From the NCBI GenBank assembly GCA_963794325.1, contig CAWCDG010000002.1, positions 616,143 to 680,142 of the forward strand: a DNA stretch of 64,000 nt, given 5' to 3'. A program made the translations under genes and the position numbers. Within the stretch, counting starts at the first letter, position 1. Every line of letters starts with the position of its first letter. The notes under the pieces are model-generated. The model was not told where the DNA came from and did no database searches. It worked only from the letters and a program-made list of their open reading frames with translations. This DNA comes from an uncultured delta proteobacterium (lineage in GTDB: Bacteria; Desulfobacterota; Binatia; Binatales; Binataceae). Shown here piece after piece: positions 18,571-27,900 of the stretch.

Positions 18571-20286
18571 CTATTCGATATCTTCCTGCGTGACCCGCAG
18601 CAACTCTTCGATCGAGGTCTCTCCGCGCACCACGCGCGCCGCTCCGTCCTGCCGCAGCAGCATCATTCCGGTGCTGACGCATTTACGGCGCAGGGTCGCG
18701 GCGTCGGCGTTCTGCATCACGAGCGCGCGAATCTCGTCGTCCATGATCATCAATTCCTGGATTGCCATTCGTCCGCGATAACCGGTGTTGCGGCAATTGC
18801 GGCATCCCTTCGGACGGCAAATCTTGTTCATCGGATCGACGCCCTTGAGTCCGATTCGTGCCAGCTCGGTATCGCTGGCCTTATAGGGCTCGCGGCAATC
18901 GACACAGAGCTTGCGGACCAGGCGTTGCGCGAGCACCGCGAGAATCGACGACGAAACCAGGAACGGCTCGATTCCCATATCGACCAGCCGCGTCACCGCG
19001 CCGAACGAATCGTTGGTGTGCAGCGTCGAGAACACAAGATGGCCGGTGAGGGCGGCTTGAATCGCGATTTCCGCAGTTTCGCTGTCGCGGATTTCGCCGA
19101 CCATGATTACGTCGGGGTCCTGGCGCAGAATCGATCGCAGGCCACTGGCGAAGGTCAGCTCGATCTTCGGATTCACCTGCATCTGGCCGACGCCGCGCAA
19201 CTGGTATTCGATCGGATCCTCGATCGTAATGATATTTTTTTCGGGTGAGTTGATTCGCGTGAGACACGCGTACAGCGTCGTCGATTTGCCCGATCCGGTC
19301 GGTCCGGTCGCCAGGATGATCCCGTGACTCTGCCTGATCAGGCGATCGAGCCGCTGAAGATTGTCGCCGGAGAAACCAAGATGATCGAGGTTGATTGCTT
19401 CGACCGCCTGCGCGCGGTCGAGCAGTCGCAGCACGATACGCTCGCCGAACGCGGTCGGGATCGACGAGACGCGCAAGTCGATATCGCGGCCCGCGATGCG
19501 CAGCCGGATTCTGCCGTCCTGCGGCAGCCGCTTCTCCGCGATATTGAGGCCCGCCATGACCTTGACGCGCGAGGTGATCGCCGGCTGAAACCGCTTATTC
19601 GGCGACAGTACGTCGTACATCATGCCGTCCACCCGGAACCGGATCACCATTTCCTTTTCGAAAACTTCGACGTGGATATCCGACGCGCGGTCCTTGACCG
19701 CCTGCGACAGCACGCCATTGACCAGCTTGATGATCGGTGCGGAATCGTCGGATTCGAGCAGGTCCAGCGGCTCCGACGCGAGTTCGTTGGCGACGACGTC
19801 GAGCCGCTCTTCCTCGAGATCGATCATCAGATCTTCGGCCGAGGTGGCCGAGGCCTGGTCGTATGCGCGGTTGATCGCTTCCGCGATTACTTCCGACGGC
19901 GCGACCAGCGCTTGTATCTTGGCGTCGAACAGCATTCGCAAATCGTCGAGCGCCTCGTAGTTGGCCGGGTCGGCGATCGCAACCGTCACCGCGCCGTCGA
20001 TACTCGACAGCGGCAGCAGCCGGTTCTTCTTTGCGTAGTTGATCGGAATCTTCGAGACGAGCTTGGTGTCGAGCGAGTTTTCGTCGATATGGGCCTGGAA
20101 GGGCAGCCGGTATTCCTGCGCGAGCGCCCGCGCCAGGCGCTGCGGCTCGAGCGCGCCCATCTCGATCAGGACGTCGGCCAGCTCCTGCCCGGGCTTCTTG
20201 CGCTGACGCGCCTTGTCGAGATCCTGCTCCGAGACCCACGACCGGTCTAACAGAATTGCCTCGAAACTTTTGCGTGCTGTCGCCAT
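18571..20286 (-). CDS. gspE: Type II secretion ATPase GspE
   Basis: ASDIH, GPTGSGKSTT, EDPIE, LRQDPD, GHLVFSTLHTN, tetracysteine CxxC..CxxC. Confidence 0.97.
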   Translation of the reverse strand: MATARKSFEAILLDRSWVSEQDLDKARQRKKPGQELADVLIEMGALEPQRLARALAQEYRLPFQAHIDENSLDTKLVSKIPINYAKKNRLLPLSSIDGAVTVAIADPANYEALDDLRMLFDAKIQALVAPSEVIAEAINRAYDQASATSAEDLMIDLEEERLDVVANELASEPLDLLESDDSAPIIKLVNGVLSQAVKDRASDIHVEVFEKEMVIRFRVDGMMYDVLSPNKRFQPAITSRVKVMAGLNIAEKRLPQDGRIRLRIAGRDIDLRVSSIPTAFGERIVLRLLDRAQAVEAINLDHLGFSGDNLQRLDRLIRQSHGIILATGPTGSGKSTTLYACLTRINSPEKNIITIEDPIEYQLRGVGQMQVNPKIELTFASGLRSILRQDPDVIMVGEIRDSETAEIAIQAALTGHLVFSTLHTNDSFGAVTRLVDMGIEPFLVSSSILAVLAQRLVRKLCVDCREPYKASDTELARIGLKGVDPMNKICRPKGCRNCRNTGYRGRMAIQELMIMDDEIRALVMQNADAATLRRKCVSTGMMLLRQDGAARVVRGETSIEELLRVTQEDIE

Positions 20287-20475
20287 CAGGCAAGTCCAGA
20301 CGCCGGCGACACGGCTCGTCGATTCAGGTCATATCGGGTTATTTTCAACGACAATGACACCCCACCGAACATACCACCATTGCCCCCATCGAGGCTCAAT
20401 TAGACACGATGCTTCCGACTGGTTGCAAGTATAGTTTCCCCATCGCACCGCTAGTTTCGCAGCTCCCCGCTGCCG

Positions 20476-20949
20476 CTAGTAGTGCACCGCACCGGGCATT
20501 TGCTCGGTCCCGTTGCCTATCGGTCCCTGATTGATCCCCATTCCGAAGCCCGTATGCCCTTTCGGCGGCAGAGTGTGCTCGGCTTCTTGCCATGAGACGA
20601 GTTTACCGTCAACAAACTTCAAATCTAAAAACGTCCCCTTGTCCCCGTCCTTGGACGAGGTGTACAGCAGGGCGGCTGTTACGTCGTTGCTGTTGGGCTT
20701 ATAAGGATAGCTCCAGACCTCGGTTTCGCCCGGCAAATAGGTCCGAATATCGGGTTCTCCCCACGAATGATGCACCTGGGGCGAGGTCTGGCCGACCTGC
20801 AACGAATCGGACATCCGCGTCGCCTTGATTCGGGTGCCCGCCTGGTAAGCGAGGCCGCATCCGGCGAAAACCAGCGCCGCCGATACGATCAGGGGCAGGG
20901 CGAAGGGGGCAAACGGGACTTTTTTCCCGAAAAAGGTACTTATCGACAT
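20476..20949 (-). CDS. Lipoprotein, SmpA/BamE-like fold
   Basis: Lipobox VFAG|C; LQVGQT...WGEPD...EVWSY pattern; start uncertain. Confidence 0.6.
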   Translation of the reverse strand: MSISTFFGKKVPFAPFALPLIVSAALVFAGCGLAYQAGTRIKATRMSDSLQVGQTSPQVHHSWGEPDIRTYLPGETEVWSYPYKPNSNDVTAALLYTSSKDGDKGTFLDLKFVDGKLVSWQEAEHTLPPKGHTGFGMGINQGPIGNGTEQMPGAVHY

Positions 20950-21036
20950 TCCATCCATCGACGAGATTTTGTGGGCGCCATCCTTGATTGTCAACGTTAT
21001 GCTATAGAGCAACGAATATGAACGAGGGAGGACCCG

Positions 21037-21270
21037 ATGGCGCGTAAGCTGACTCTGGTGAAAGGGCGGTCGCAGCGCGGCTCACTGGTTTACGGGATGC
21101 GCATATTCAGCCAGGGCAGCGTTGCGGGCGTCGAGGATGCGCGGGTCAGCTTGGCCGACGGCACCAGCGGCCGAGTCACGATGCATCTGATCGAAGGCAC
21201 GCGAGTACAAATCCGCCGCCAGCTGATGCAAAGCATCGACGCCTTTTTCGAATTGTTAGATGAGCAGTAA
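21037..21270 (+). CDS. Small hypothetical protein (77 aa)
   Basis: GGAGG RBS; protein-like composition. Confidence 0.7.
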   Translation: MARKLTLVKGRSQRGSLVYGMRIFSQGSVAGVEDARVSLADGTSGRVTMHLIEGTRVQIRRQLMQSIDAFFELLDEQ

Positions 21271-21283
21271 AATATAAATGCCA

Positions 21284-21330
21284 GCAACCTAACCCTAACC
21301 CCTTCCCGAGCGGGAAGGGGGACCGGATTA
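21284..21330. repeat. Family A palindromic repeat
   Basis: AACCTAACCCTAACCCCTTCCCGAGCGGGAAGGGGGACCGG. Confidence 0.8.
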
Positions 21331-21345
21331 AGCGCGGAGAAAAAT

Positions 21346-22131
21346 ATGGATCTGAAATTCATCAAATACGAGAAGCGCAACCATATCGCCTACATCACGT
21401 TCAACCGGCCCGAGCGGATGAACGCGTTGCATCCGCCGTGTCACGTCGAGATGGACAGCGTGTGGGACGACTTCGTCGCCGACAAGTCGGCATGGGTCGC
21501 AATCGTCACCGGCGCCGGCGACAAAGGGTTCTCCGCGGGCAACGATTTGCGCTGGACCGCGGAGAATCGCGGCGAACTGGAGAAGACCATTCGCGGCAAG
21601 GGCGGCTTCGCAGGAATCACCGCGCGTTACGATATCTACAAACCGATCATCGCGGCGGTGAACGGATTCGCGCTCGGCGGCGGATTCGAAATCGCACTCT
21701 CGTGCGATATCATCATAGCCGCCGAGCACGCGCGTTTCGGATTGCCGGAACCGCGCGTCGGCCTGATGGCCGCAGCCGGCGGCGTGCATCGCCTGCCGCG
21801 TCAGATTCCTCTGAAGATCGCGATGGGCATGATGCTGACGGGCAAGCACATCACAGCCGCCGACGCACTCCGCTTCGGAATCGCCAACCAGGTGGTACCG
21901 CTCAAGGATCTAATTCCCACCGCCGAGAAATGGGCCGCCGAGATCATGGAATGCTCCCCGCTGTCGGTGCAAGCCACCAAGCAAGCAGCGATGGACGGCC
22001 TCGGGCTGCCAACCCAGGACGCGCTCGCCAAGCATTACGATTTGCAGTCGAAGCTATTCAGATCGAAAGACGCAGTGGAGGGCCCGCTGGCATTCTCGCA
22101 AAAACGAAAACCCAACTGGACCGGCGAGTAG
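21346..22131 (+). CDS. Enoyl-CoA hydratase (CaiD-like crotonase)
   Basis: FNRPERMNAL, FSAGNDL, KPIIAAVNG.ALGGGFE, FGLPEP. Confidence 0.93.
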   Translation: MDLKFIKYEKRNHIAYITFNRPERMNALHPPCHVEMDSVWDDFVADKSAWVAIVTGAGDKGFSAGNDLRWTAENRGELEKTIRGKGGFAGITARYDIYKPIIAAVNGFALGGGFEIALSCDIIIAAEHARFGLPEPRVGLMAAAGGVHRLPRQIPLKIAMGMMLTGKHITAADALRFGIANQVVPLKDLIPTAEKWAAEIMECSPLSVQATKQAAMDGLGLPTQDALAKHYDLQSKLFRSKDAVEGPLAFSQKRKPNWTGE

Positions 22132-22157
22132 GGCGCCGCGCCCATCTCTCCTTTTTT

Positions 22158-22286
22158 CCGGTTCCCCTTCCCGTTCGAGAAGGGGCAACTAATAATCCGG
22201 TTCCCCTTCCCGCGCGGGAAGGGGTTACTCCCCATAATCCGGTTCCCCTTCCCACTATGGGAAGGGGTTAGGGGTTAGGTCGCCGG
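22158..22286. repeat. Tandem array of three family A hairpins
   Basis: CCGGTTCCCCTTCCC-N-G(A/G)GAAGGGG units starting at 22158, 22197 and 22239. Confidence 0.85.
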
Positions 22287-22292
22287 AATTTT

Positions 22293-22508
22293 ATGCAAGA
22301 ACTCTGGCTACTGCACGACGCAATCGCGATGCTGCTAGCCGCGGCGACCACCGCAGCGTTGCCGCCAGTCAGCACCGGCGCATTCTGGACGATCGTCGCA
22401 TTCTACGGCGTAGTTTCGATCATCTTCGACGACGAAACCCCGCGCGGCGTCCCCGGCATCGATTACTTCTACGCCACCCGCCCCCACCTGAAGGATCCGC
22501 AGAGCTAG
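22293..22508 (+). CDS. Small membrane protein, copy 1 (ends DYFYATRPHLKDPQS)
   Basis: One hydrophobic segment; reading frame conserved in two further copies with largely synonymous changes; start 22293 or 22329. Confidence 0.65.
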   Translation: MQELWLLHDAIAMLLAAATTAALPPVSTGAFWTIVAFYGVVSIIFDDETPRGVPGIDYFYATRPHLKDPQS

Positions 22509-22516
22509 CCCTTTAG

Positions 22517-23674
22517 ATGACAGGTGTCAGGCACTTTCGCGCAAGACATTTTCTTTCGGCGCTGGGTTTGCTTATCGGTTTGACGATCGGCTGCGCTCAA
22601 TCAGGATCCGAATCGTTGCCCGACTGGATGCAGCCCGGAGTGCGGACTGGAGCCGGCGTTCTCGACGAGCGACTGTACGCGACCGCTGACGGGATGGGCT
22701 CACTCACTGACATTCAGTATGGAGAACTTCGCGCTCGCGGGAAGGTTGAGTTGGGAATTGCGGGAAACTATGGCGCCAGGTTTTTCGACGAGGCGGGAAG
22801 ACCGAGCGCTAGCGTGGACTTTGCCGTTCGAGAACCCGGCGGGCTTAAAGTCTCGGCCGATATTGTGAGCCGATCCCGTGCACACGCAATGCGTTTTTTT
22901 CGCCATGGATACGCCGCCTACGCGAGTTTGGTCGACGCTGACGGCAAAGAGATCTGGCGAACGCCCTATAACCCTTTTGCCAGCACCTTCGGAGATCTAA
23001 ATGGCGACGGCACCGAGGACTTTATCTTTGCGCGAACGCCGGATGCTGTAATCGAAGCTCGGAATGGTTCAGGCGCGATCGTATGGCAGACGCAGCCCGG
23101 TCACATGGTGTTCAAGCTTGCGGTTATCAGCACGGATGGCGGTGAAGGTTCCAAGCTGCTCGCTGTCGAATCTGGCAGATTGATAGGTCTTGGGCCACAT
23201 GGTGAACGCCTTTTCGAGAGAACCCCATCTACCGGAGGATATTTTCATGCTTTTTCCCCGGTTCGCTGGCCCAGTGTCTGTGCGGAGGAGTGCCTACTCG
23301 TGAGCACGAACGACGAGATTTTTCTGCTCACTTCGGATGGAGAAAAAGAGGTGACAGAGCTCGCCGCCGGGTACATGTATCAGCCGCGTGGTGTGGCCGT
23401 TCGTCTGGACAAGAACGAACGGCCACTGCTAGCGGTGGCTGGCGAACTGCCCTATAGGAGAAAGAACGAGAGGTTTGGTGGTGCACTCTTCGTGTTCGAC
23501 GCGAACAGGAATCTTGTCTACCACGAGGTTTTTCCGGAACCGGTCGAAGCGCTCGGCGTGATGCCCGCGCCAGACGGCAAGCGTGAGAACCTTTTGGTGG
23601 GCGGCGTGAATAAGTTGTGGCAATACTCAATGCCTCCAGCGAACGCATCCCACTCTGTCCAGCCACCGCACTAA
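22517..23674 (+). CDS. Hypothetical lipoprotein with FG-GAP/beta-propeller-like motif
   Basis: Lipobox TIG|C; GDLNGDGTEDF motif; codon usage looks atypical for the window. Confidence 0.7.
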   Translation: MTGVRHFRARHFLSALGLLIGLTIGCAQSGSESLPDWMQPGVRTGAGVLDERLYATADGMGSLTDIQYGELRARGKVELGIAGNYGARFFDEAGRPSASVDFAVREPGGLKVSADIVSRSRAHAMRFFRHGYAAYASLVDADGKEIWRTPYNPFASTFGDLNGDGTEDFIFARTPDAVIEARNGSGAIVWQTQPGHMVFKLAVISTDGGEGSKLLAVESGRLIGLGPHGERLFERTPSTGGYFHAFSPVRWPSVCAEECLLVSTNDEIFLLTSDGEKEVTELAAGYMYQPRGVAVRLDKNERPLLAVAGELPYRRKNERFGGALFVFDANRNLVYHEVFPEPVEALGVMPAPDGKRENLLVGGVNKLWQYSMPPANASHSVQPPH

Positions 23675-23690
23675 GACGGGCGTCCCTAGT

Positions 23691-23809
23691 CGCGCAGTGT
23701 AGCTGGGCTCGATTATTTCTACGCGACGCGCCCGAATCTGAAGGATCCGCAAAGTTAGCGCTCTTCTTCCACCACAAAATGTAGCGGGAAGAACAAAAAG
23801 CGTGACCAA
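23691..23809 (+). repeat. Partial copy 2 of the small-gene 3' end plus shared downstream tract
   Basis: Encodes RSVAGLDYFYATRPNLKDPQS*; followed by AAAATGTAGCGGGAAGAACAAAAAGCGTGACCAA, similar to the tract after copy 3. Confidence 0.8.
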
Positions 23810-23844
23810 TCGTCGCTAGTGTCTCAGTTTGAATTTCACGCGAT

Positions 23845-23985
23845 TTAAGTTGGGGCGAGCCGCTGAATCTTCAAACATGAACGACACAGTCGAACGCTGA
23901 GAACGCGCCAGAGCTTTCGGATTCTACCGCAACGCGAACATGCTCCGGTACTTGGGATCGGTATTGGATGGGTTTCTACGGTCAT
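23845..23985 (-). CDS. 46-aa putative zinc-ribbon microprotein
   Basis: Manual translation MTVETHPIPIPSTGACSRCGRIRKLWRVLSVRLCRSCLKIQRLAPT with two CxxC; below the ORF-track size limit. Confidence 0.4.
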   Translation of the reverse strand: MTVETHPIPIPSTGACSRCGRIRKLWRVLSVRLCRSCLKIQRLAPT

Positions 23986-24004
23986 GTCGATTCTGGGCAG
24001 TGGG

Positions 24005-24196
24005 TCAGTTTGAACGCTGAAAACAAAAGTAGAAGATCTGTAAGATCAGAACGACCAGTCCAGTCAGTCGAAGCGTCGTGATGCTGTAATCTTCCCTCAT
24101 CCTGGGATTAACGCGAAAGACGCCTTCAGGCCAAATCACGAACCATGCGGCCAACGAACCAAACACGATCGTCGCGGCTAGTGTTAGCCAGTACAT
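24005..24196 (-). CDS. 63-aa two-TM hypothetical protein
   Basis: Two hydrophobic helices; ATG directly after the transposase-remnant stop; stop lies inside TCAAACTGA motif. Confidence 0.6.
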   Translation of the reverse strand: MYWLTLAATIVFGSLAAWFVIWPEGVFRVNPRMREDYSITTLRLTGLVVLILQIFYFCFQRSN

Positions 24197-24197
24197 T

Positions 24198-24330
24198 TTA
24201 CGCAGTCTGTCCCTTCTGACTCGCTTCCCATTCGTCTACGACTCCAATCAAATCCTCGAACGAGAAAAGATGATCGACAATACCCGACTCCATCGCGGGC
24301 GTCACTCTCAGCGTCGTGTGAATCCGAACG
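24198..24330 (-). mobile_element. IS1-like transposase C-terminal remnant
   Basis: RIHTTLRVTPAMESGIVDHLFSFEDL resembles the R.H.TLR.TPAM.AG..DH.W tail of IS1-like DDE transposases (recognised from memory); truncated at copy 3. Confidence 0.7.
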
Positions 24331-24341
24331 ACGCACTCACG

Positions 24342-24521
24342 ATGCTGCTCATCTCCGCGACGACCGCAGCATTGCCGCCAGTCAGCACCGGCGCATTCTG
24401 GACGATCGTAGCATTCTACGGCGTAGTGTCGATCCTCTTCGGCGACGAAACCCCCCGCGGCGTCCTCGGCATCGATTACTTCTACGCCACCCGCCCCCAC
24501 CTGAAGGATCCTCAGAGCTAG
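24342..24521 (+). CDS. Small membrane protein, copy 3 (59 aa)
   Basis: MLLISATTAALPPVSTGAFWTIVAFYGVVSILFGDETPRGVLGIDYFYATRPHLKDPQS; direct repeat of 22329-22508. Confidence 0.6.
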   Translation: MLLISATTAALPPVSTGAFWTIVAFYGVVSILFGDETPRGVLGIDYFYATRPHLKDPQS

Positions 24522-24623
24522 CGTTATATTTTCCGGATAAAAATGTTGCGAGGGGAACAAAAATTCTGACCAAAAGTGGAGGCTTTCGTTTGACTTAGCC
24601 ATGCACGCGATTTGGCGTTATTG

Positions 24624-24632
24624 TGCTACAAT
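24624..24632 (+). promoter_or_regulatory. Possible extended -10 promoter
   Basis: TGcTACAAT just upstream of ORF 24644. Confidence 0.3.
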
Positions 24633-24643
24633 GAGCGTTATGG

Positions 24644-24901
24644 GTGACATGCATGGCGATTAATTCTGTGATTCCTTCTCCGATCTTCGAGACGCTCAGG
24701 GATTCCGAGGACACGCTCCGGACCACTCTGGCCGAGCTGGCCCAGGATAAACGCAAGCAGAAGCCGAAGATCTCCGAGCGAAAACTAGCCGAATATCTTG
24801 CAGATCAGATGGGCTACCGCGGCGCGAGGAATGTCGAAGCGCTGGTCGCTGCACGCGAGCGAATCGCCAAGTCGCGGCAGGCAGTCGGTCTGGGCAAGTA
24901 A
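24644..24901 (+). CDS. Small hypothetical helical protein
   Basis: 85-aa ORF with charged helical composition; start uncertain. Confidence 0.55.
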   Translation: MTCMAINSVIPSPIFETLRDSEDTLRTTLAELAQDKRKQKPKISERKLAEYLADQMGYRGARNVEALVAARERIAKSRQAVGLGK

Positions 24902-24925
24902 CGCGTTTCTGTTCGAGTAGACCTG

Positions 24926-27900
24926 CTAGGCGAGCGATTCGTCGAGCAGCGCTTTGGCACCTTTCAGATCGGGCGTGTCGAAGCCTTCAGTGAACCATTT
25001 GTAGATTTCGAGGAGCGTTGCGCGAGCCTCATCGCGTTTGCCCTGCTTCGTGAGCAGGCGTGCGAGGCTGGTCGCGGCGCGAAGTTCGAACGACTTCGCG
25101 CTCATCGTGCGCGCCAGCGCTATCGCCTCGCGAAAATCGGCTTCGGCCAGTTCGTTCTGGCCGAGCTTGAATCGCAGGTCCCCGCGACAGGTAAGAATAT
25201 GCGGTCGGAAGATAATCTCCTCGGGGTTCGCCTCAAGAGCATTCTCCAACGTACCGAGGGCCTCTTCGATTTGGCCGTCGAGAGCCTGCGCCTCGGCCAG
25301 GACCGATAGAAATTCGCTGACGCCGGCCCTTGAGCCTGCCGCCAGCATGTCAGACAGACCTTGCTGTATCAGCGAGACGCCTTCGCCAGCGTGGCCAAGA
25401 TGCGCGCGCGCCCATCCGAGGAAGCATCGCGCTAAATTGCTCACGTACGAAAAGCCGAGCTGTTCGGACATCGCGAGCGCTTGCATGGCGGCGTCTTCCG
25501 CGAGCCGCGGTTCCCTGAGAAATCGGTAAAACCACGCGGCAAAGTAATGCGCGAACGCGATGTCGTGCAGATTCTTGCCGTCCTGCACAAAAGCGATCGC
25601 ATGCGCCGCGTGTTCGCGCCCGCGGTCGGCATAGCCGAGCGCCCATTCGCTGACGCTGGCGAAGCCCTCGGCATTCGGCGTACCGGGGAATCCACTGCTG
25701 CGAATCGTCTCAAGGTAGGGAATCAGCTCGGCGAAATGCTCCCGGACTCCCAACAGATCGGCGCGGTAGTAGCAGACGTGCACTTGGGCGATCTGTGCGC
25801 GTCCGAGGTTATCGTCGCTGCCCTCGCGTTGTGCCAAAGCCAGTACCCGGTCCGCAAGCGCAGCGGCGGCAGGATGGTCGCCGGAGACTAGCACGCCGCT
25901 CCAATTGAGGATTTCCTGCGCGACCAGCAGCTTCAGGTTACCGGTCTTCTCCGCGACTACGCGCGCCCGGCCGACCATCTCGACCGTTGCTGGAGCGGTA
26001 AAACCACTCGTCGTAAGCAGGAGGTTGGACAGTCCTGTCGTGAGCTCGAGCTCGCTGACGTCACGCTCGGGTGATTCGGGCATCGTGTAGAGCATCGCGA
26101 GTGCATTGCGATAGTCCTCTTCGGCTTCCTTGAAGGCGCGGCGCCCGTATGCCGCGTGCTGCGCCTTCTTCCATGCCGCGATAGCTAACTTCGCCTCTGT
26201 GGCCTCGGTCCAGTGGCGTGCGACGACTTCCGGCTGCGCTTCCGCAATAGCGGGGAATTTTTCGCTGATAGTTTGCGCGACACTGCGATGCATCTGCTTG
26301 CGCCTGCTTTTCAGCAGCGCCTCGTACGCGGCGTCCTGGATGAGTGCGTGCTTGAACTGGTAGGTCGCGTCGGGCGCGGTGCCGCGGGTGTAGATCACTT
26401 CCGCGTCGGCAAGTTTATCGAGCGCCGACTGCAAATCGATTTCCGGCATCGACGCGACCGCGCGAAGCAGCTCGTACGAGAACTCGCGTCCGATCACGGC
26501 GGCGACCTGGGCAACCTCTTTGGCGGCGCCGAGCCGGTCGAGCCGTGCGGTCAACGAGTCGTGCAACGTGGCGGGAATCTCGCGCGATATGGAACGCCCG
26601 TCGGCCTCGAGCATCAGCCGCGTCAGCTCTTCAGTGAACAGCGGCACGCCGTCGCTGCGCTTGACGACCGCGTCGATCACGCTCGCGGGCAGGCCAATAC
26701 GCGCGATCACGCCGATCACCATCTCGCGGGTCTGGCCGTCGTTCAGCCGGCTCAGCGTGATCTGCGCATGATGCGCCCGCGGCGGCCACGGCGCGCGGAA
26801 TCCCGGCCGCGCCGCACACAGCAACATCAATGGCGCCGTCGCGGCCTGCTCGGCCAGGGTCTGCAGCAGTTCTAGCGTCGAGGGATCGGCCCAGTGAACG
26901 TCCTCGATCGCGATTACCATCGGTTGCAGCCGAGCGACGTTGAGAACCCAGGTCTGTAGGTTCGCCAGCAGCCGTTTACGCTTCTGGTCCGGCGCAAACA
27001 GCAGGTGCGGGTACTTATCCGGTATCGGCAGATTCAGCATCTCGGCGATCAACGGCACCGCCTCGTCGAGCTTCATCCCGGCCAATTCCAGCGAGCGCTC
27101 GAGCTGACTAATCCGTTCGTCCGCACTTTCATCGCCGCGCCAACCCAGCCCCTGATCGAGTATTTGAGTCACCGCGTGGAAGGGCGTGCTTCGAAAGATA
27201 TGCTCGCCGGCACAATCGATCCAAAGATGTGGTTCGTCCTTGACCCGCGCGCGGAACTCGTCGATCAGGCGCGATTTGCCGATTCCCGGCTCGCCGGTCA
27301 CCAGCACCAACTGGCCTTGTCCCTGCCGCGCGCGATCCCATCGATTGAGCACCAGGCGCATCTCGTCGTCGCGCCCGACGAACGCCGTCATCGCGTGCAC
27401 TGCGGGGTCATCCCTGTGACGGCGTGTCGCGATAGCCTGGATGGCGCGATAAAGCTGCACGGGATGCTCGATACCCTTGAGCGGCTGCGCGCCACGGTCC
27501 TCGACCACGAACAGACCTGAGACGAGCGCGTGCACGGCGGCGGTGAAAAGGACCGAATCCGGCTCGGCGAGAGTCTGCACCCGCGCCGCTATGTTGGGTG
27601 CGTCGCCGAACACGTCGGATTCCATCCCGCCACCGTGACCGACGACTACCGATCCAGTATCGATTCCGACGCGCACCGCGAGCTTTACCTGCTGCGCGAT
27701 TGCCAGGCTTGCACTCAGCGCTGCGACCGAATCGACGATCGCAAGCCCGGCGCGGACGGCGCGCTGCGCGTCATCCTCATGCGCCTCGGGGAAGCCGAAG
27801 AACACGACGAGTCCATCGCCGAGATACTTCGCGACGTGGCCCCCGAAGCGCGTGGCCGCCTCGGCGGCCGCGCGTTGATAGGCAGCCGCGATATCGCGCC

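Noticed and set aside
22158-22286. Possible CRISPR array
   Set aside because: Only three units, linkers are about 10-14 nt and similar to each other, the unit is dispersed across the window, and no cas genes are present.
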